Source: a virus
Strand: one strand, 5' to 3'
DNA: 64,000 nucleotides
Virus record (IMG/VR): IMGVR_UViG_3300027749_000044
Every line of letters begins with the position of its first letter. Positions within the stretch are counted from its first letter, which is position 1. Under the pieces are notes generated by a model that was not told the origin of the DNA, searched no databases, and saw nothing but the letters and a program-made list of their open reading frames with translations. Below, piece by piece: positions 10,532 to 20,670 of the stretch. The position numbers and the translations under genes are program-made.

Positions 10532-10906
10532 ATGGAAGATTACACAAAGTTAACATTAGGACAAAAGTTAGCCGACGGTGTTGCCACTTTGGTCGGGTCT
10601 TGGCGATTTGTCATTATACAATCTTTATTAATTTGTTTTTGGATAGGAATGAATTTATGGTCTCCATGGAAATGGGATCCATTTCCTTTTATCTTGTTAA
10701 ACCTTTTTCTTAGTTTCCAGGCTGCATATACCGCTCCATTTATCATGATGAGTAGCAATCGGATCGAACAAATTGATAGAGCCCGATCAATTTCCATATA
10801 TAATTTGGAGACAATGGACCACGAAAAACTATTTTCTCTCGCGGAGCACATCGACAACCATTTTGATAAATTGCACGAAAAAATCGACAAAAATGGCTTG
10901 CCATAA
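10532..10906 (+). CDS. DUF1003-like membrane protein
   Basis: GSWRF..WDPFPFILLNLFLSFQAAYTAPFIMMS signature; ACTAAATA upstream. Confidence 0.8.
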   Translation: MEDYTKLTLGQKLADGVATLVGSWRFVIIQSLLICFWIGMNLWSPWKWDPFPFILLNLFLSFQAAYTAPFIMMSSNRIEQIDRARSISIYNLETMDHEKLFSLAEHIDNHFDKLHEKIDKNGLP

Positions 10907-10947
10907 CCGAAAAATGGTGTATGATAAAAATATGACAGGAGATCGGA

Positions 10948-11223
10948 ATGTCTAATTCAAACGACATCGGCCCACACGAAAATATCCAACTTTGGGCTGA
11001 TTATGATGAACTATTCCAAACAGCCGTATTTTTAAAAAAAATGGGAGTCGGTCGAATTCAAACGATGACCCCAAAAGAAGTTATGTTTGATATATATCAT
11101 GCTCTGTCTATTAAATATGAAATCGATTTCGAAGAAGTTGATGCCGCCCTAGACAGAATGGAAAAATATAATACAGGCACTGCAAAGTATCCCGAATCAG
11201 TTTTGGCCAATCGTAAGCACTAG
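10948..11223 (+). CDS. Hypothetical protein
   Basis: AGGAG RBS; follows a TTGCCA..TATGAT promoter. Confidence 0.6.
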   Translation: MSNSNDIGPHENIQLWADYDELFQTAVFLKKMGVGRIQTMTPKEVMFDIYHALSIKYEIDFEEVDAALDRMEKYNTGTAKYPESVLANRKH

Positions 11224-11406
11224 GAGAATATTTGTGTATAATGAAGTGACGAATGACCGGCCGCGACCGGCAAAAATTATGACGTTTAAGGCATATTGTG
11301 ACTTGCAAGAATTCGTCAAGCGCGAACGCAAGTTTGAATCCAAGGTTACGTATTTCGATCCATCATTAAAAGAATCATGGGTGTTAGTGGATGAGGACTA
11401 ATCGCC

Positions 11407-11817
11407 ATGGATTCCAATTTGAGAATCCTGGACACTTTGGCGAAGCTAGCCGAAACGGTACCTAATCATTATAGAGGCCGTCTGGCAGCTGCCCTTGTAT
11501 ACCGAAATGAATTTTTGTCTTTCGGTATTAATCAAATGAAGTCCCATCCGTTTCAAAGTAAATTTTCTTCCACAAAAGAAGCCATCTATCTCCATGCCGA
11601 GACGGATGCAATCCGACATGCATTGAAGAAATATGACTTTAAGACGGTCGCCAAATCGAAGCTTTATATTTGTCGGGTAAAACATGAAACTGCCAACAAT
11701 CCAAGCTTGGTTTGGGGACTTAGCCGGCCTTGCGCCGGATGTCAACGGGCAATTGCTACGTTTAACATTGAACATGTATGCTATACGACGGAGAATGGCG
11801 GATATGACTGGCTCTAG
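11407..11817 (+). CDS. Zn-dependent cytidine/dCMP deaminase-fold protein
   Basis: HAE and PCAGC motifs. Confidence 0.8.
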   Translation: MDSNLRILDTLAKLAETVPNHYRGRLAAALVYRNEFLSFGINQMKSHPFQSKFSSTKEAIYLHAETDAIRHALKKYDFKTVAKSKLYICRVKHETANNPSLVWGLSRPCAGCQRAIATFNIEHVCYTTENGGYDWL

Positions 11818-11970
11818 AATGCGGTATGGTCAACATCCAAATGAAAGTTGGGGTCCCAACTGGAAAAAAGAATATGATAAATTCATAGAAGGTTGCGTAT
11901 CCGGCAAAATTACCACTTGCCCTTATTGCAAACATCCTGTATATTTTCCTAATAAACCAAAGGAAACGAC

Positions 11971-12522
11971 ATGAATATATTTTTTGTAGATTCAAATCCT
12001 ATAAATGCCGCACAGGCTCTTGTTGATCGGCATATAGTGAAAATGGTTTTAGAAACTTCTCAGCTATTGTCGACCGCGCATCGTATCCTAGATGGCGCAC
12101 CTGTATTGGTTATGTTGCGTAACCCAGATACGGGTAAAACCCGTAAAAAGACGGTATGGATTTTGCCTGATGCCCGTAATGATATCATGTATAATGCCAC
12201 ACATGTTAACCATCCGTCGGCTATTTGGTGTCGAGAATCAGTAGAAAACTATACCTGGCTTAGTGACCATTTGTTTGCTCTATGTAATGAGTATACCTAT
12301 CGATATGGTAAAGTACATAAAGTCCAACGTACAGGGCTTATGCTTGACTTACTTTCTCCTCCATTGAACCTCAAGACATATGATCACACACCAATGCGTA
12401 TAGCCATGGCAGACGAATTCAAAATTTCCGATGACCCTGTAATTAATTATCGAAATTATTATCGACAAGGCAAACAGCATTTGCACAAGTGGACCAAACG
12501 TCCTGCTCCAGATTGGATTTAA
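11971..12522 (+). CDS. Pyrimidine-dimer DNA glycosylase (DenV-like family) protein
   Basis: MNIF..AAQAL.DRHIVKMVLE..QLLSTAH..HVNHPSAIW..EYTYRYGKVH. Confidence 0.7.
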   Translation: MNIFFVDSNPINAAQALVDRHIVKMVLETSQLLSTAHRILDGAPVLVMLRNPDTGKTRKKTVWILPDARNDIMYNATHVNHPSAIWCRESVENYTWLSDHLFALCNEYTYRYGKVHKVQRTGLMLDLLSPPLNLKTYDHTPMRIAMADEFKISDDPVINYRNYYRQGKQHLHKWTKRPAPDWI

Positions 12523-12525
12523 GAC

Positions 12526-12550
12526 AAAGCCCCCTAACGGGGGCTTTTTT
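12526..12550 (+). terminator. Rho-independent terminator
   Basis: aaagcccc-ctaacg-ggggcttt followed by a T-run. Confidence 0.85.
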
Positions 12551-12551
12551 G

Positions 12552-12559
12552 TATAAATA
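12552..12559 (+). promoter_or_regulatory. T4-type late promoter
   Basis: TATAAATA immediately after the terminator, upstream of GGAG RBS. Confidence 0.8.
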
Positions 12560-12580
12560 TATTAAACTGGAGAAATTGGT

Positions 12581-13513
12581 ATGCTAACTTTCAAAGAACA
12601 TTTTGAACTTGATCTTTTATTAGAAGAAGTATCTCCAAATGACAAAGGTGTTTTACATGAATTGTTGACGGGCAAAGCCCTCAATAATGGCGAACATATG
12701 TCACCAGAAGCAAAAGCCACACACGATAAAATTAAATCAAATATTACAGACGAAGAATATCAAAATCATGTAAAAATGGCCGAAGGTACTGCACATGCAT
12801 TACGCAAAAAATTCGGTCCAATTAGTTCGACGCATTGGTCGTCGAAACCAGGAGACATACACAAAATTACAGGTGTGCATGAAAGCCAACAAGAAAATCC
12901 TTCTGACATTATACTCAAACATCCTGATGGTGGACATACAGGAATTTCATTAAAAATTACACAAAAAAAACATCAAAAAATTCCCGTTGGAAATCCAGGA
13001 ATCGGACAAACTGACGCCGCGTTAGGTACAAATGCGAAAAGACATTATGATAAAGCAAAAGAAAATTTTGAAAAAGAATTTCCTGAATTAAAAGGCAAAT
13101 CCGACAAAGACAAAAAAATCGCGATTAAAGAAAATTCAGAAATGAGAAAACGGGCTGAACATCACTCGAATGATGCCATAGGAAAAATCAGAGATGAATG
13201 GCACGATAGATTTCATCAAATGGCCCACCACGAATTGGCCCATCATCTAAGACATTCTTTACATGCGAATGCTACTAAAATTCCAACATATAAAGTAACT
13301 ACCCGCGGAAATGGCAATGATCATTCTGTAGAGATTGAACATCCTGGAACAGAATATGATCATATTCTAAATCATCCCGAAGGAATAACAATCCACAAAT
13401 CTGGAAATAATAGTATTGAATTTAGACACAATGGCAAAAGATTCATGCGGCATAGAATTAAACCAATGAGTACTCCTATTGCCACGACATTAAAAGGCTC
13501 TATAGAGTATTAA
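12581..13513 (+). CDS. His-rich putative head-packaged protein with PD-(D/E)XK-like motif
   Basis: N-terminus MLTFKEHF..LLEE; ENPSDIILK..GISLK. Confidence 0.55.
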   Translation: MLTFKEHFELDLLLEEVSPNDKGVLHELLTGKALNNGEHMSPEAKATHDKIKSNITDEEYQNHVKMAEGTAHALRKKFGPISSTHWSSKPGDIHKITGVHESQQENPSDIILKHPDGGHTGISLKITQKKHQKIPVGNPGIGQTDAALGTNAKRHYDKAKENFEKEFPELKGKSDKDKKIAIKENSEMRKRAEHHSNDAIGKIRDEWHDRFHQMAHHELAHHLRHSLHANATKIPTYKVTTRGNGNDHSVEIEHPGTEYDHILNHPEGITIHKSGNNSIEFRHNGKRFMRHRIKPMSTPIATTLKGSIEY

Positions 13514-13543
13514 TAAATACTTGTTTGGACACGGAAAGAATAT

Positions 13544-14722
13544 ATGAAAAATTATCTCAGTTTTATCGTCGAAGAAAATGAAAAAAGTGCCGGCCACCAG
13601 CATATAGAACATATTTCCGATGTCGGAGCATTTGATGGTCCGCACGGAACAAAAAGAGCAATTGGTGCACTGCAAGGATTTCATGCAAAAACTGATGCTA
13701 CTCGCAAATTGGACGATTCGATGTCATTTCATACGACTAGATTGGCCGACGGTAAAGTTGGAGTTAAATATAAAGGCTCAGGTGCAAAGTGGTATTTTCA
13801 TGACGGCACCGAAAAGGGCATAGAAAATGCACACAAAGAAATTGACGCTGATTTGGCTCATAAACCATATATGGCCGAAAAGCTAAAACATTTGGTATCA
13901 CATATACACAAAGTACTTCCAGATCGACCAGGATCGTGGCAAGGCGGGTATATGCATGATGCAGAATCAAGACATGAAACAAATGGCAAAATTCATTTCC
14001 GGCCAAATACAATCAATTATTCTACCGACGCCGATTCTCCAGAAGGCAAGAAAATCAAAAAGTCAAAGGTAGGAATTGCAATACATACGGAACTAGTTCA
14101 TCCAGACGGCAAACCAGTTCCTGTTTTGGACAACTCAGAATTTAAACATCATCCGGACGTGCATATGATGGGTCACGTCATTCCTAAATCAGAAACTACA
14201 TTGTCCAAAGAAGACCATGATGCATTACATCATCATTTAAAAGAAGCACATGATTTATCCCACAACAGAGATTATAATCACCTCAAAGGACATGAAACCA
14301 CTTTGAGAACTTATATGAATTCTACGGTCAGAGAAAACAAAGAACCAAATGCCGAAGGATACCATAATTGGTTGAGAGATTATCATAATAAAAAAATCGA
14401 CTCTGTAAAAACGGATAAAGCTAAAGCCGCCAAAATTGCCGAACGCGACAAAGCACTCGCTCATGTAAAATCTAATAAAGACCATTTCGATAACACCTTT
14501 AAACTACATCATCATCTAGAAAAAGCTACTGATATTTTGGCCAATCATGTATCTAGACATTCGACAGGAGGATTTGGGCATGATATTGATGGGCAAGAAT
14601 CGGGCCCGGAAGGTGCTGTAATACATGGTCTCAAAATTGTAAAGCGCCGAGGTGGATTTTCAGAGGCAAATTTCCGTAGAGCGGAAGAATTCAAAAAATC
14701 TAGAGCAGAGGCTAAACAATAA
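13544..14722 (+). CDS. His-rich conserved T4-like protein (usually next to the cytidyltransferase), putative internal head protein
   Basis: N-terminus MKNYLSFIVEE; HIEH, FRPNTINY, EGAV..LKIVKR..FSEANF. Confidence 0.6.
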   Translation: MKNYLSFIVEENEKSAGHQHIEHISDVGAFDGPHGTKRAIGALQGFHAKTDATRKLDDSMSFHTTRLADGKVGVKYKGSGAKWYFHDGTEKGIENAHKEIDADLAHKPYMAEKLKHLVSHIHKVLPDRPGSWQGGYMHDAESRHETNGKIHFRPNTINYSTDADSPEGKKIKKSKVGIAIHTELVHPDGKPVPVLDNSEFKHHPDVHMMGHVIPKSETTLSKEDHDALHHHLKEAHDLSHNRDYNHLKGHETTLRTYMNSTVRENKEPNAEGYHNWLRDYHNKKIDSVKTDKAKAAKIAERDKALAHVKSNKDHFDNTFKLHHHLEKATDILANHVSRHSTGGFGHDIDGQESGPEGAVIHGLKIVKRRGGFSEANFRRAEEFKKSRAEAKQ

Positions 14723-16383
14723 TGGTTGATTCCCCAGATAACACCGGCCCAGATACAAGTAAAGTTGAGCCTGAAGCAAAACAAAAAGAATTACCAAAAC
14801 ATGCCAAGCTTGGTGATATTATAAGAAAAAAATTCAAGTCTGCTGGATTGCAAGTAAAAACTGCATTGGGAGACGAACCGGACGAAATCGTAATTAATCC
14901 TATGACTGAATCTGCCGCGGTGTCCAAAAATAGACATGCGGTTGTTTCATTTGGTCGTATGGGAATTTTTACTAATGGTCATAAAAAATTGACTGATAAA
15001 GTCAAAGCCGTGGCAAAAAAAGTCGGCGGAACAGCATCTGTTTATTTGTCAAAAACACAAGATGCAAAAAAGAATCCTTTATCATATGAAGACAAATTGA
15101 GATATGCCAAAATCGGGTCAGGTGGGGTTGTTAAACATTCTGATGCACGTAATATTATGGAAGTTGCAGCACAACATCATGGTCAGGCAGAACATCTACA
15201 TGTAGTTGTTGGTGGTGATAGAGTAAAAGAATTTCACGATTTGCTACACAAATATAATGGAAAAGAAGGAGCCGCCCATGGATTTTATCATTACAAGTCT
15301 ATTACTGTACATAATGCAGGCGACCGTGACCCAGACGCAGAAGGAACAGAAGGTATTTCTGCATCGAAAATGAGAGAACACGCATCAAATAATGATACAG
15401 AATCCTTTAAACAAGGATTGCCGGATTCATTGAAGCCACATGCCGGCGAAATGATGCATAAAGTAAGAAAGGGCATGAAATTGGAAGAAGAGTCGCTGAA
15501 AAGTATATTAAATTCTATATTCGAAGAAAAATCAGTGAAGGCTATTCCAACCCCAGGAAGTAGCAATATTCGTCCAACCAAATATCCAAACGGTGCCGGC
15601 GACGTTGGAATGGATTCGAATATTGAAGTTGCCAATGGTCCTATAGATCAAGCAAACAAAACAGTACAAAGAAAAAGAGGAGCAGTGGTAAAAAGAATGC
15701 AAGGACCATTGGATCTAGATGAAATGGGAACATTGGATCAACGTGCCCTCCAAGATTTAGAAGATAGAACTCCTAAGAAAGAAAGTCGATTGACTCCTTG
15801 GGAAAGGATTCAAAAAAAAAGAAGAAGTCACAAAAAAGAAACGACAACGGTAAATGAACACATTGTCAAGTTGCCTTCTGGCAAATATAGATTACTTTCC
15901 CATAAAGGCAAAAATTTAGGCACGTTTGATAGTCATGAGGCCGCGGCCAAACATGAGGGTGAAGTTGAATATTTCAAAACTCACAATGAAGGTTTTGATG
16001 TTGAAGAATCCGCCGCCTGGCAACGTAAAGAAGGAAAAAATCCTACAGGCGGACTAAATGATAAAGGTATTGCTTCGTATCGCGCTGAAAATCCAGGTTC
16101 ACATCTACAAAAAGCAGTAACAGGTAAAGTAAAACCAGGGTCAAAAGCCGCCAATAGACGCAAGTCATTCTGTGCTAGAATGTCTGGTGTTCCTGGTCCT
16201 ATGAAAGATGATAAAGGAAGACCAACAAGAAAAGCTCTGTCTCTCAGAAAATGGAAATGCCATGAAGAAAATGAAACAGGCGGACTATTAGAAGACAAAC
16301 CATGTTGGAAACAATATAAGCAACTTGGAATGAAAAAGAAAAATGGGAAAGAAGTGCCCAATTGTGTACCTAAAGAGGAATAA
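14722..16383 (+). CDS. Cytidyltransferase-like (HxGH family) multi-module protein
   Basis: FGRM..TNGH..KNPL..VVGGDR..AGDRDPDAEG..ISASKMR followed by short modules joined by Glu-rich linkers. Confidence 0.8.
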   Translation: MVDSPDNTGPDTSKVEPEAKQKELPKHAKLGDIIRKKFKSAGLQVKTALGDEPDEIVINPMTESAAVSKNRHAVVSFGRMGIFTNGHKKLTDKVKAVAKKVGGTASVYLSKTQDAKKNPLSYEDKLRYAKIGSGGVVKHSDARNIMEVAAQHHGQAEHLHVVVGGDRVKEFHDLLHKYNGKEGAAHGFYHYKSITVHNAGDRDPDAEGTEGISASKMREHASNNDTESFKQGLPDSLKPHAGEMMHKVRKGMKLEEESLKSILNSIFEEKSVKAIPTPGSSNIRPTKYPNGAGDVGMDSNIEVANGPIDQANKTVQRKRGAVVKRMQGPLDLDEMGTLDQRALQDLEDRTPKKESRLTPWERIQKKRRSHKKETTTVNEHIVKLPSGKYRLLSHKGKNLGTFDSHEAAAKHEGEVEYFKTHNEGFDVEESAAWQRKEGKNPTGGLNDKGIASYRAENPGSHLQKAVTGKVKPGSKAANRRKSFCARMSGVPGPMKDDKGRPTRKALSLRKWKCHEENETGGLLEDKPCWKQYKQLGMKKKNGKEVPNCVPKEE

Positions 16384-16386
16384 ACT

Positions 16387-16827
16387 ATGTCAACATTGAG
16401 TGATAAATTAAAAGTAGTATTGGCCGACACTTTTGCATTATATTTAAAAACACATAATTTTCATTGGAATGTAGAAGGCCCAAATTTTCCACAGTATCAT
16501 GCATTTTTCGATTCATTATATAATGAATTATGGGAAGCAACTGACGGTATTGCAGAACATATCCGGGCGCTAGATGATTATGCTCCAGGATCTTTTGCTA
16601 GGTTCGGAGCACTGTCAAATATTAAAGATGAAGTACGGATTTTATCAGCCGAAGACATGATTAAAATTTTATATTTAGATAATGACGTTGTAATGAAATC
16701 AATCAAAGACGCATATAAAGAAGCAGAAAAAGCAGGCGAATGTGGAGTAAGTAATTATCTACAAGATCGATACGACATACACAAAAAACATGCATGGATG
16801 CTAAGGTCTACTTCAAAGAAACCATAA
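16387..16827 (+). CDS. dps: Dps/ferritin-like DNA protection protein
   Basis: LYLKTHNFHWNVEG..H..LY.E..D.IAE.IR..H.KHAWML ferroxidase signature. Confidence 0.92.
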   Translation: MSTLSDKLKVVLADTFALYLKTHNFHWNVEGPNFPQYHAFFDSLYNELWEATDGIAEHIRALDDYAPGSFARFGALSNIKDEVRILSAEDMIKILYLDNDVVMKSIKDAYKEAEKAGECGVSNYLQDRYDIHKKHAWMLRSTSKKP

Positions 16828-16859
16828 ATAACAAGAATATTCAAATACAGGGAACCAAA

Positions 16860-18866
16860 ATGAACATTAATGAAGCAAAGAAAAGAGCCGAAAATTCACG
16901 CAGAATGTCAGAAATTCTAGCAAAACTTTCATCGGCTCCAAATAAAAATGCCAAGAAAAGAGCCGCAGCCGAATTGTCTCGCATCGGCATTGAATCAGCA
17001 TTGAAGTTGGCTCCTGTTTCTGAAGCCGAAGAATTGTTCAATGATTTTGATGTTCTTTCTGAAAATGAATTTGCGATGAAGTATTCGGGAGTACTTGGTG
17101 TTCCTATCTATGAAGGATTGGTTGATATTGCCAAAAACCATATGAAGACTCGCGGACAAATCGATGCATTGAAAAGTATTTTGAATGGTGAAAAGAAACC
17201 AAAAGCTCCTAAGACCGAAGTATTTCCTGGGTCAAGTGATCCATACAAACGTGGCATTAAAACCATAAAGACACCTAAACAAGTCGCCAAAGAAGATTAT
17301 GAGTTGGATGAATATTATATCAATACTGACGAAAGCAATCCTCACGACAAACGTAAAGTTACTGTACCTACAACAAAAAGAAAAATTTCTGATATAACAC
17401 CGGACGAAATTAAACGTCATATCTATGGACGCGAAATTAACCATCGTATCGGTGTACACCGGGACACAGAAACTTATATGCATAAAGAAGATTATGAGTT
17501 GAATGAAGGCGCCGGTGATTTGTCTGATGAAGCCCGCGAGTTGACTTTACATGCTGATAATGACCGTCATTTACATATGTCAAGTCATGAGCCTATTATG
17601 ACTAATCTTCGTAAAAAAGTAAAAGAAGGGAAATATGATTCTGCACTTGCGAAAAAGCTTTGGAGATATCATGCTGACCGTGCCGCACAAGATTATGCAA
17701 AAAAGCACGGAAATGGAATTCATTGGTCCAAAATGTTCACGCCAGCGCACCGCGACGAGGCGGCCGCCCATTGGGAAGAAATGCATCGTGGCGAATTGTC
17801 CGAAGCAAAAAATCCATTCACTCAAATGGATGTACCAGGAACAATTGCAAGTAGAGTTAGCACCCGCGTTATTTCTGATCCAAAAGCAAGAAAAAAAGCA
17901 GCAAGAGATGCCAATAAACCACCTAAGGTTGATAAAAAAGGCAAAGTAAAAAATCCAACACCAAACGTATTGAATCCTCCCGCAGTTACGCGCGTAGCGA
18001 GACCAAAAACAAAAGCTCCTGGTGTTGTTAGAGGCATTACTGTTCCCATCAAAAAAATCGCAGGAGAAATGTTGGGTGACGTTGTTGGCGCGATCAAAAA
18101 TAGAAATCAGCCTTATGAAAGATTACAAGAGGAACCAGAAATGACCAAAATGACACCAGACAGTATGTCAAAAAGAAATCTAAATGTCGAACGTGATATT
18201 ATGGAAATTATGTCACAGGATCGCGATGTTCGTATGGAAGCAAAGTTGGCCGAAGCAAAGTTGGCAGGCATTATTTCCGAAAGTTCGCCTACACACGACG
18301 AAAAAACAAAATATGCACATCCTGGATTAAACCACGAACCAGAAGAAGAAGGCGGCCCTGATCTCTCTAAGCCTGCCGCCGGACATGAATATCATAAAAA
18401 GCACGGATTGGTTCACCCAGGACTTCCCATGCATCATGGTGGTTGGAGTAAAAGTACCGGAGTTTATAATACCGGACATCATTTTCTATCTGGCGAACAT
18501 ATTCATGACTGGCATAAGCATTTGATGAATACTTCACCAGATGAACATGAAGCACATTTATCACATCTTTCTGACGTCGGTGCTGGGCGTAAAGGTTGGA
18601 GAGGAGTACATTTGGCAACAGTAAATGCACAAAGTATTCTTGCACATCATTATACAAATTTACTAGTCGACCATAAAAAGCATTTGGCTAATGCCAAGAC
18701 TAAAGAAGAAAAAGACGAAGTACATGCCAGACTGGCCCGCGCACATGATGCGGCCATGCACGGCGGAGTAGATATCACCGGCCATGATGGTGTACACCGT
18801 TACGCACAACATATTTTAAATTCACGCAAAGATGCTGAAAGTATTATAGGAAAAAGTAAAGACTAA
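16860..18866 (+). CDS. Large modular His/Lys-rich late protein (putative processed head protein)
   Basis: CATAAATA upstream; Glu-linker-separated modules; ATG at 16860 preferred. Confidence 0.65.
   Translation: MNINEAKKRAENSRRMSEILAKLSSAPNKNAKKRAAAELSRIGIESALKLAPVSEAEELFNDFDVLSENEFAMKYSGVLGVPIYEGLVDIAKNHMKTRGQIDALKSILNGEKKPKAPKTEVFPGSSDPYKRGIKTIKTPKQVAKEDYELDEYYINTDESNPHDKRKVTVPTTKRKISDITPDEIKRHIYGREINHRIGVHRDTETYMHKEDYELNEGAGDLSDEARELTLHADNDRHLHMSSHEPIMTNLRKKVKEGKYDSALAKKLWRYHADRAAQDYAKKHGNGIHWSKMFTPAHRDEAAAHWEEMHRGELSEAKNPFTQMDVPGTIASRVSTRVISDPKARKKAARDANKPPKVDKKGKVKNPTPNVLNPPAVTRVARPKTKAPGVVRGITVPIKKIAGEMLGDVVGAIKNRNQPYERLQEEPEMTKMTPDSMSKRNLNVERDIMEIMSQDRDVRMEAKLAEAKLAGIISESSPTHDEKTKYAHPGLNHEPEEEGGPDLSKPAAGHEYHKKHGLVHPGLPMHHGGWSKSTGVYNTGHHFLSGEHIHDWHKHLMNTSPDEHEAHLSHLSDVGAGRKGWRGVHLATVNAQSILAHHYTNLLVDHKKHLANAKTKEEKDEVHARLARAHDAAMHGGVDITGHDGVHRYAQHILNSRKDAESIIGKSKD
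17289..17507 (+). repeat. 24-nt direct repeat (1 mismatch) flanking an in-frame module
   Basis: aaagaagattatgagttggatgaa (17289-17312) and aaagaagattatgagttgaatgaa (17484-17507). Confidence 0.85.
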
Positions 18867-19072
18867 TGGTCATCATTGCTGGACAAATGAAACTTCTGAA
18901 TTCAGAAGGTGAACCCACAAAAAAGTTGGAGTCTGAAGTTCAACACAAATTGGTTGTTGACTTCACTCCGACATATATTGTCCAAAATGAAGTAATTAAG
19001 TTGGCAGATTATGTGGAAAAGCCATCCGATTATGTTATGGAAATGACCGCGCTAAATACCACAAAAACATAA
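18866..19072 (+). CDS. Hypothetical protein
   Basis: TAATG overlap. Confidence 0.55.
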   Translation: MVIIAGQMKLLNSEGEPTKKLESEVQHKLVVDFTPTYIVQNEVIKLADYVEKPSDYVMEMTALNTTKT

Positions 19073-19087
19073 TAAAGGAAAAAAGCC

Positions 19088-20023
19088 ATGTCTCTCTGGA
19101 GTAATACTCAAAACCAAAATGCCGCACCAAAATTTACAACTTATACTGTCGACCGAATCGCAAAATATAGGTTGTCCGGTGCAGGAAACGTTGCAACCTC
19201 AACTAGCCCTGCCGACCCTTTGTCTTTCACTACGTATAACAACACTTCTATTGCCGCATTTGGAAATAATATTGCAGTAGGAACATTTGGTGTTTCTGTT
19301 GGCGAAGCCAAAGCAAAAAATGGCAATACTTCAGGTCAAGGGTTAGGGTCTCAAGGAAATGGTGGTCCTGGTGTTTCTCCTGGTTGGGTTAACGTTCGTT
19401 TTGGTACAGGACCTGTTGTTGGTGCAACTGTAGCTACGTCGAACGCAACTGTATATACAACATTGTTTGCAAATGGAGAAACGGCTGTTTTCTCTAATGG
19501 CACGTCAAATGCCATTTTGACGGCCGTAACAAATGCAACCGGCAACTTGGTTTCTCTTGTAGTTACAAATGGTGGTTCCGGATTTGCCAATGTTTCTCAA
19601 GGTGTAATTGCTTTTGCTCGCCAGAAACACTTAGGCACAATTGCCGTTACTTCAAACGCTACTGCCATTGGTTATAATAATACAGACCTTATTATTGCTT
19701 CAAATGGTGTAACAAATGCCGTGGCTACATTGACTACTAATGCGACCGGTGGTATTACAGCAACTACAGTAACCAATCCTGGTCTATTCGGAAATACAGT
19801 CGCAAACTCGACTGTTGTATTCTCTGTAACAAATGCCACCGGTGGAGCCACATCCGGCAACGTTGTTTCTACTGTATTTGCGGCTAACTTGGTTGCTAGT
19901 ACAAATACTGGCGCTCAAATCGCAGTAACTTTAGGTGGTCGTGCAGGAAGAATCCAATATGAAACACTTGCTGTAGTTAAGGCCATGGCCAATAACTCAC
20001 CAAGTACAATTTTCCCAGGATAA
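19088..20023 (+). CDS. Virion structural protein (Thr/Asn/Gly-rich, beta-rich)
   Basis: MSLW start, PGWV and C-terminal GGRAGRIQYETL motif seen in T4-like structural proteins. Confidence 0.65.
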   Translation: MSLWSNTQNQNAAPKFTTYTVDRIAKYRLSGAGNVATSTSPADPLSFTTYNNTSIAAFGNNIAVGTFGVSVGEAKAKNGNTSGQGLGSQGNGGPGVSPGWVNVRFGTGPVVGATVATSNATVYTTLFANGETAVFSNGTSNAILTAVTNATGNLVSLVVTNGGSGFANVSQGVIAFARQKHLGTIAVTSNATAIGYNNTDLIIASNGVTNAVATLTTNATGGITATTVTNPGLFGNTVANSTVVFSVTNATGGATSGNVVSTVFAANLVASTNTGAQIAVTLGGRAGRIQYETLAVVKAMANNSPSTIFPG

Positions 20024-20029
20024 TAATTA

Positions 20030-20266
20030 ATGACCTCTATTGCAAATTTAAATTCTACTTCCAGTTTGACGCAAGACGCGGTCTTTGTTGTTGATAATGC
20101 TCCCAATACTAATCCAAGTACAGTAAAAATTACATTGGCGAGCCTTATCAACAACATTATCCCTGGACCATATGCGAATAATTCCATGATGTTGGCCGCA
20201 AATACAGTACAGATAGGACAACCATTTTATTATTCTAATGGGATGGTTGTAGTAAGACTTTCATAA
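20030..20266 (+). CDS. Small putative structural protein
   Basis: Co-oriented, fibre-like composition. Confidence 0.55.
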   Translation: MTSIANLNSTSSLTQDAVFVVDNAPNTNPSTVKITLASLINNIIPGPYANNSMMLAANTVQIGQPFYYSNGMVVVRLS

Positions 20267-20658
20267 TGTACGAAAAATTGGATGAAAGTAATTTTTTAAT
20301 TTACGCCGCGAAATATTATGATAATCCACAGTGTTTCGATACTCAAGAATTTATGGAAGATTTGAATAGGTTTAGATACGTCAAAAGATTATTAAAGAAA
20401 TATAAAGAAACGGGCGATTTAAAAGAGAGATTGATTCTCAACCATATTATAATAATTTACAATGTTTTTGGGTTGGTCCCAGCTACTCGAATGTTATTTT
20501 TCAAAATGAATACTATGTATTCTGAGTTGACACCGTTTCTTGAATTTCTTGGATATATGCCAGATCGCATTGATAATATAGGATTAGTTCCAAAAACTGT
20601 ATATAATAAAGATATCGAACAGGATAAATATATATTGGATTGCCTCAAAAAAATATAG
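20266..20658 (+). CDS. Conserved T4-like hypothetical protein
   Basis: NFLIYAAKYYDNPQC..EF.EDL.RF.YVKRL..LKERLILNHIIII.NVFG. Confidence 0.8.
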   Translation: MYEKLDESNFLIYAAKYYDNPQCFDTQEFMEDLNRFRYVKRLLKKYKETGDLKERLILNHIIIIYNVFGLVPATRMLFFKMNTMYSELTPFLEFLGYMPDRIDNIGLVPKTVYNKDIEQDKYILDCLKKI

Positions 20659-20670
20659 AACGGAATCAAA

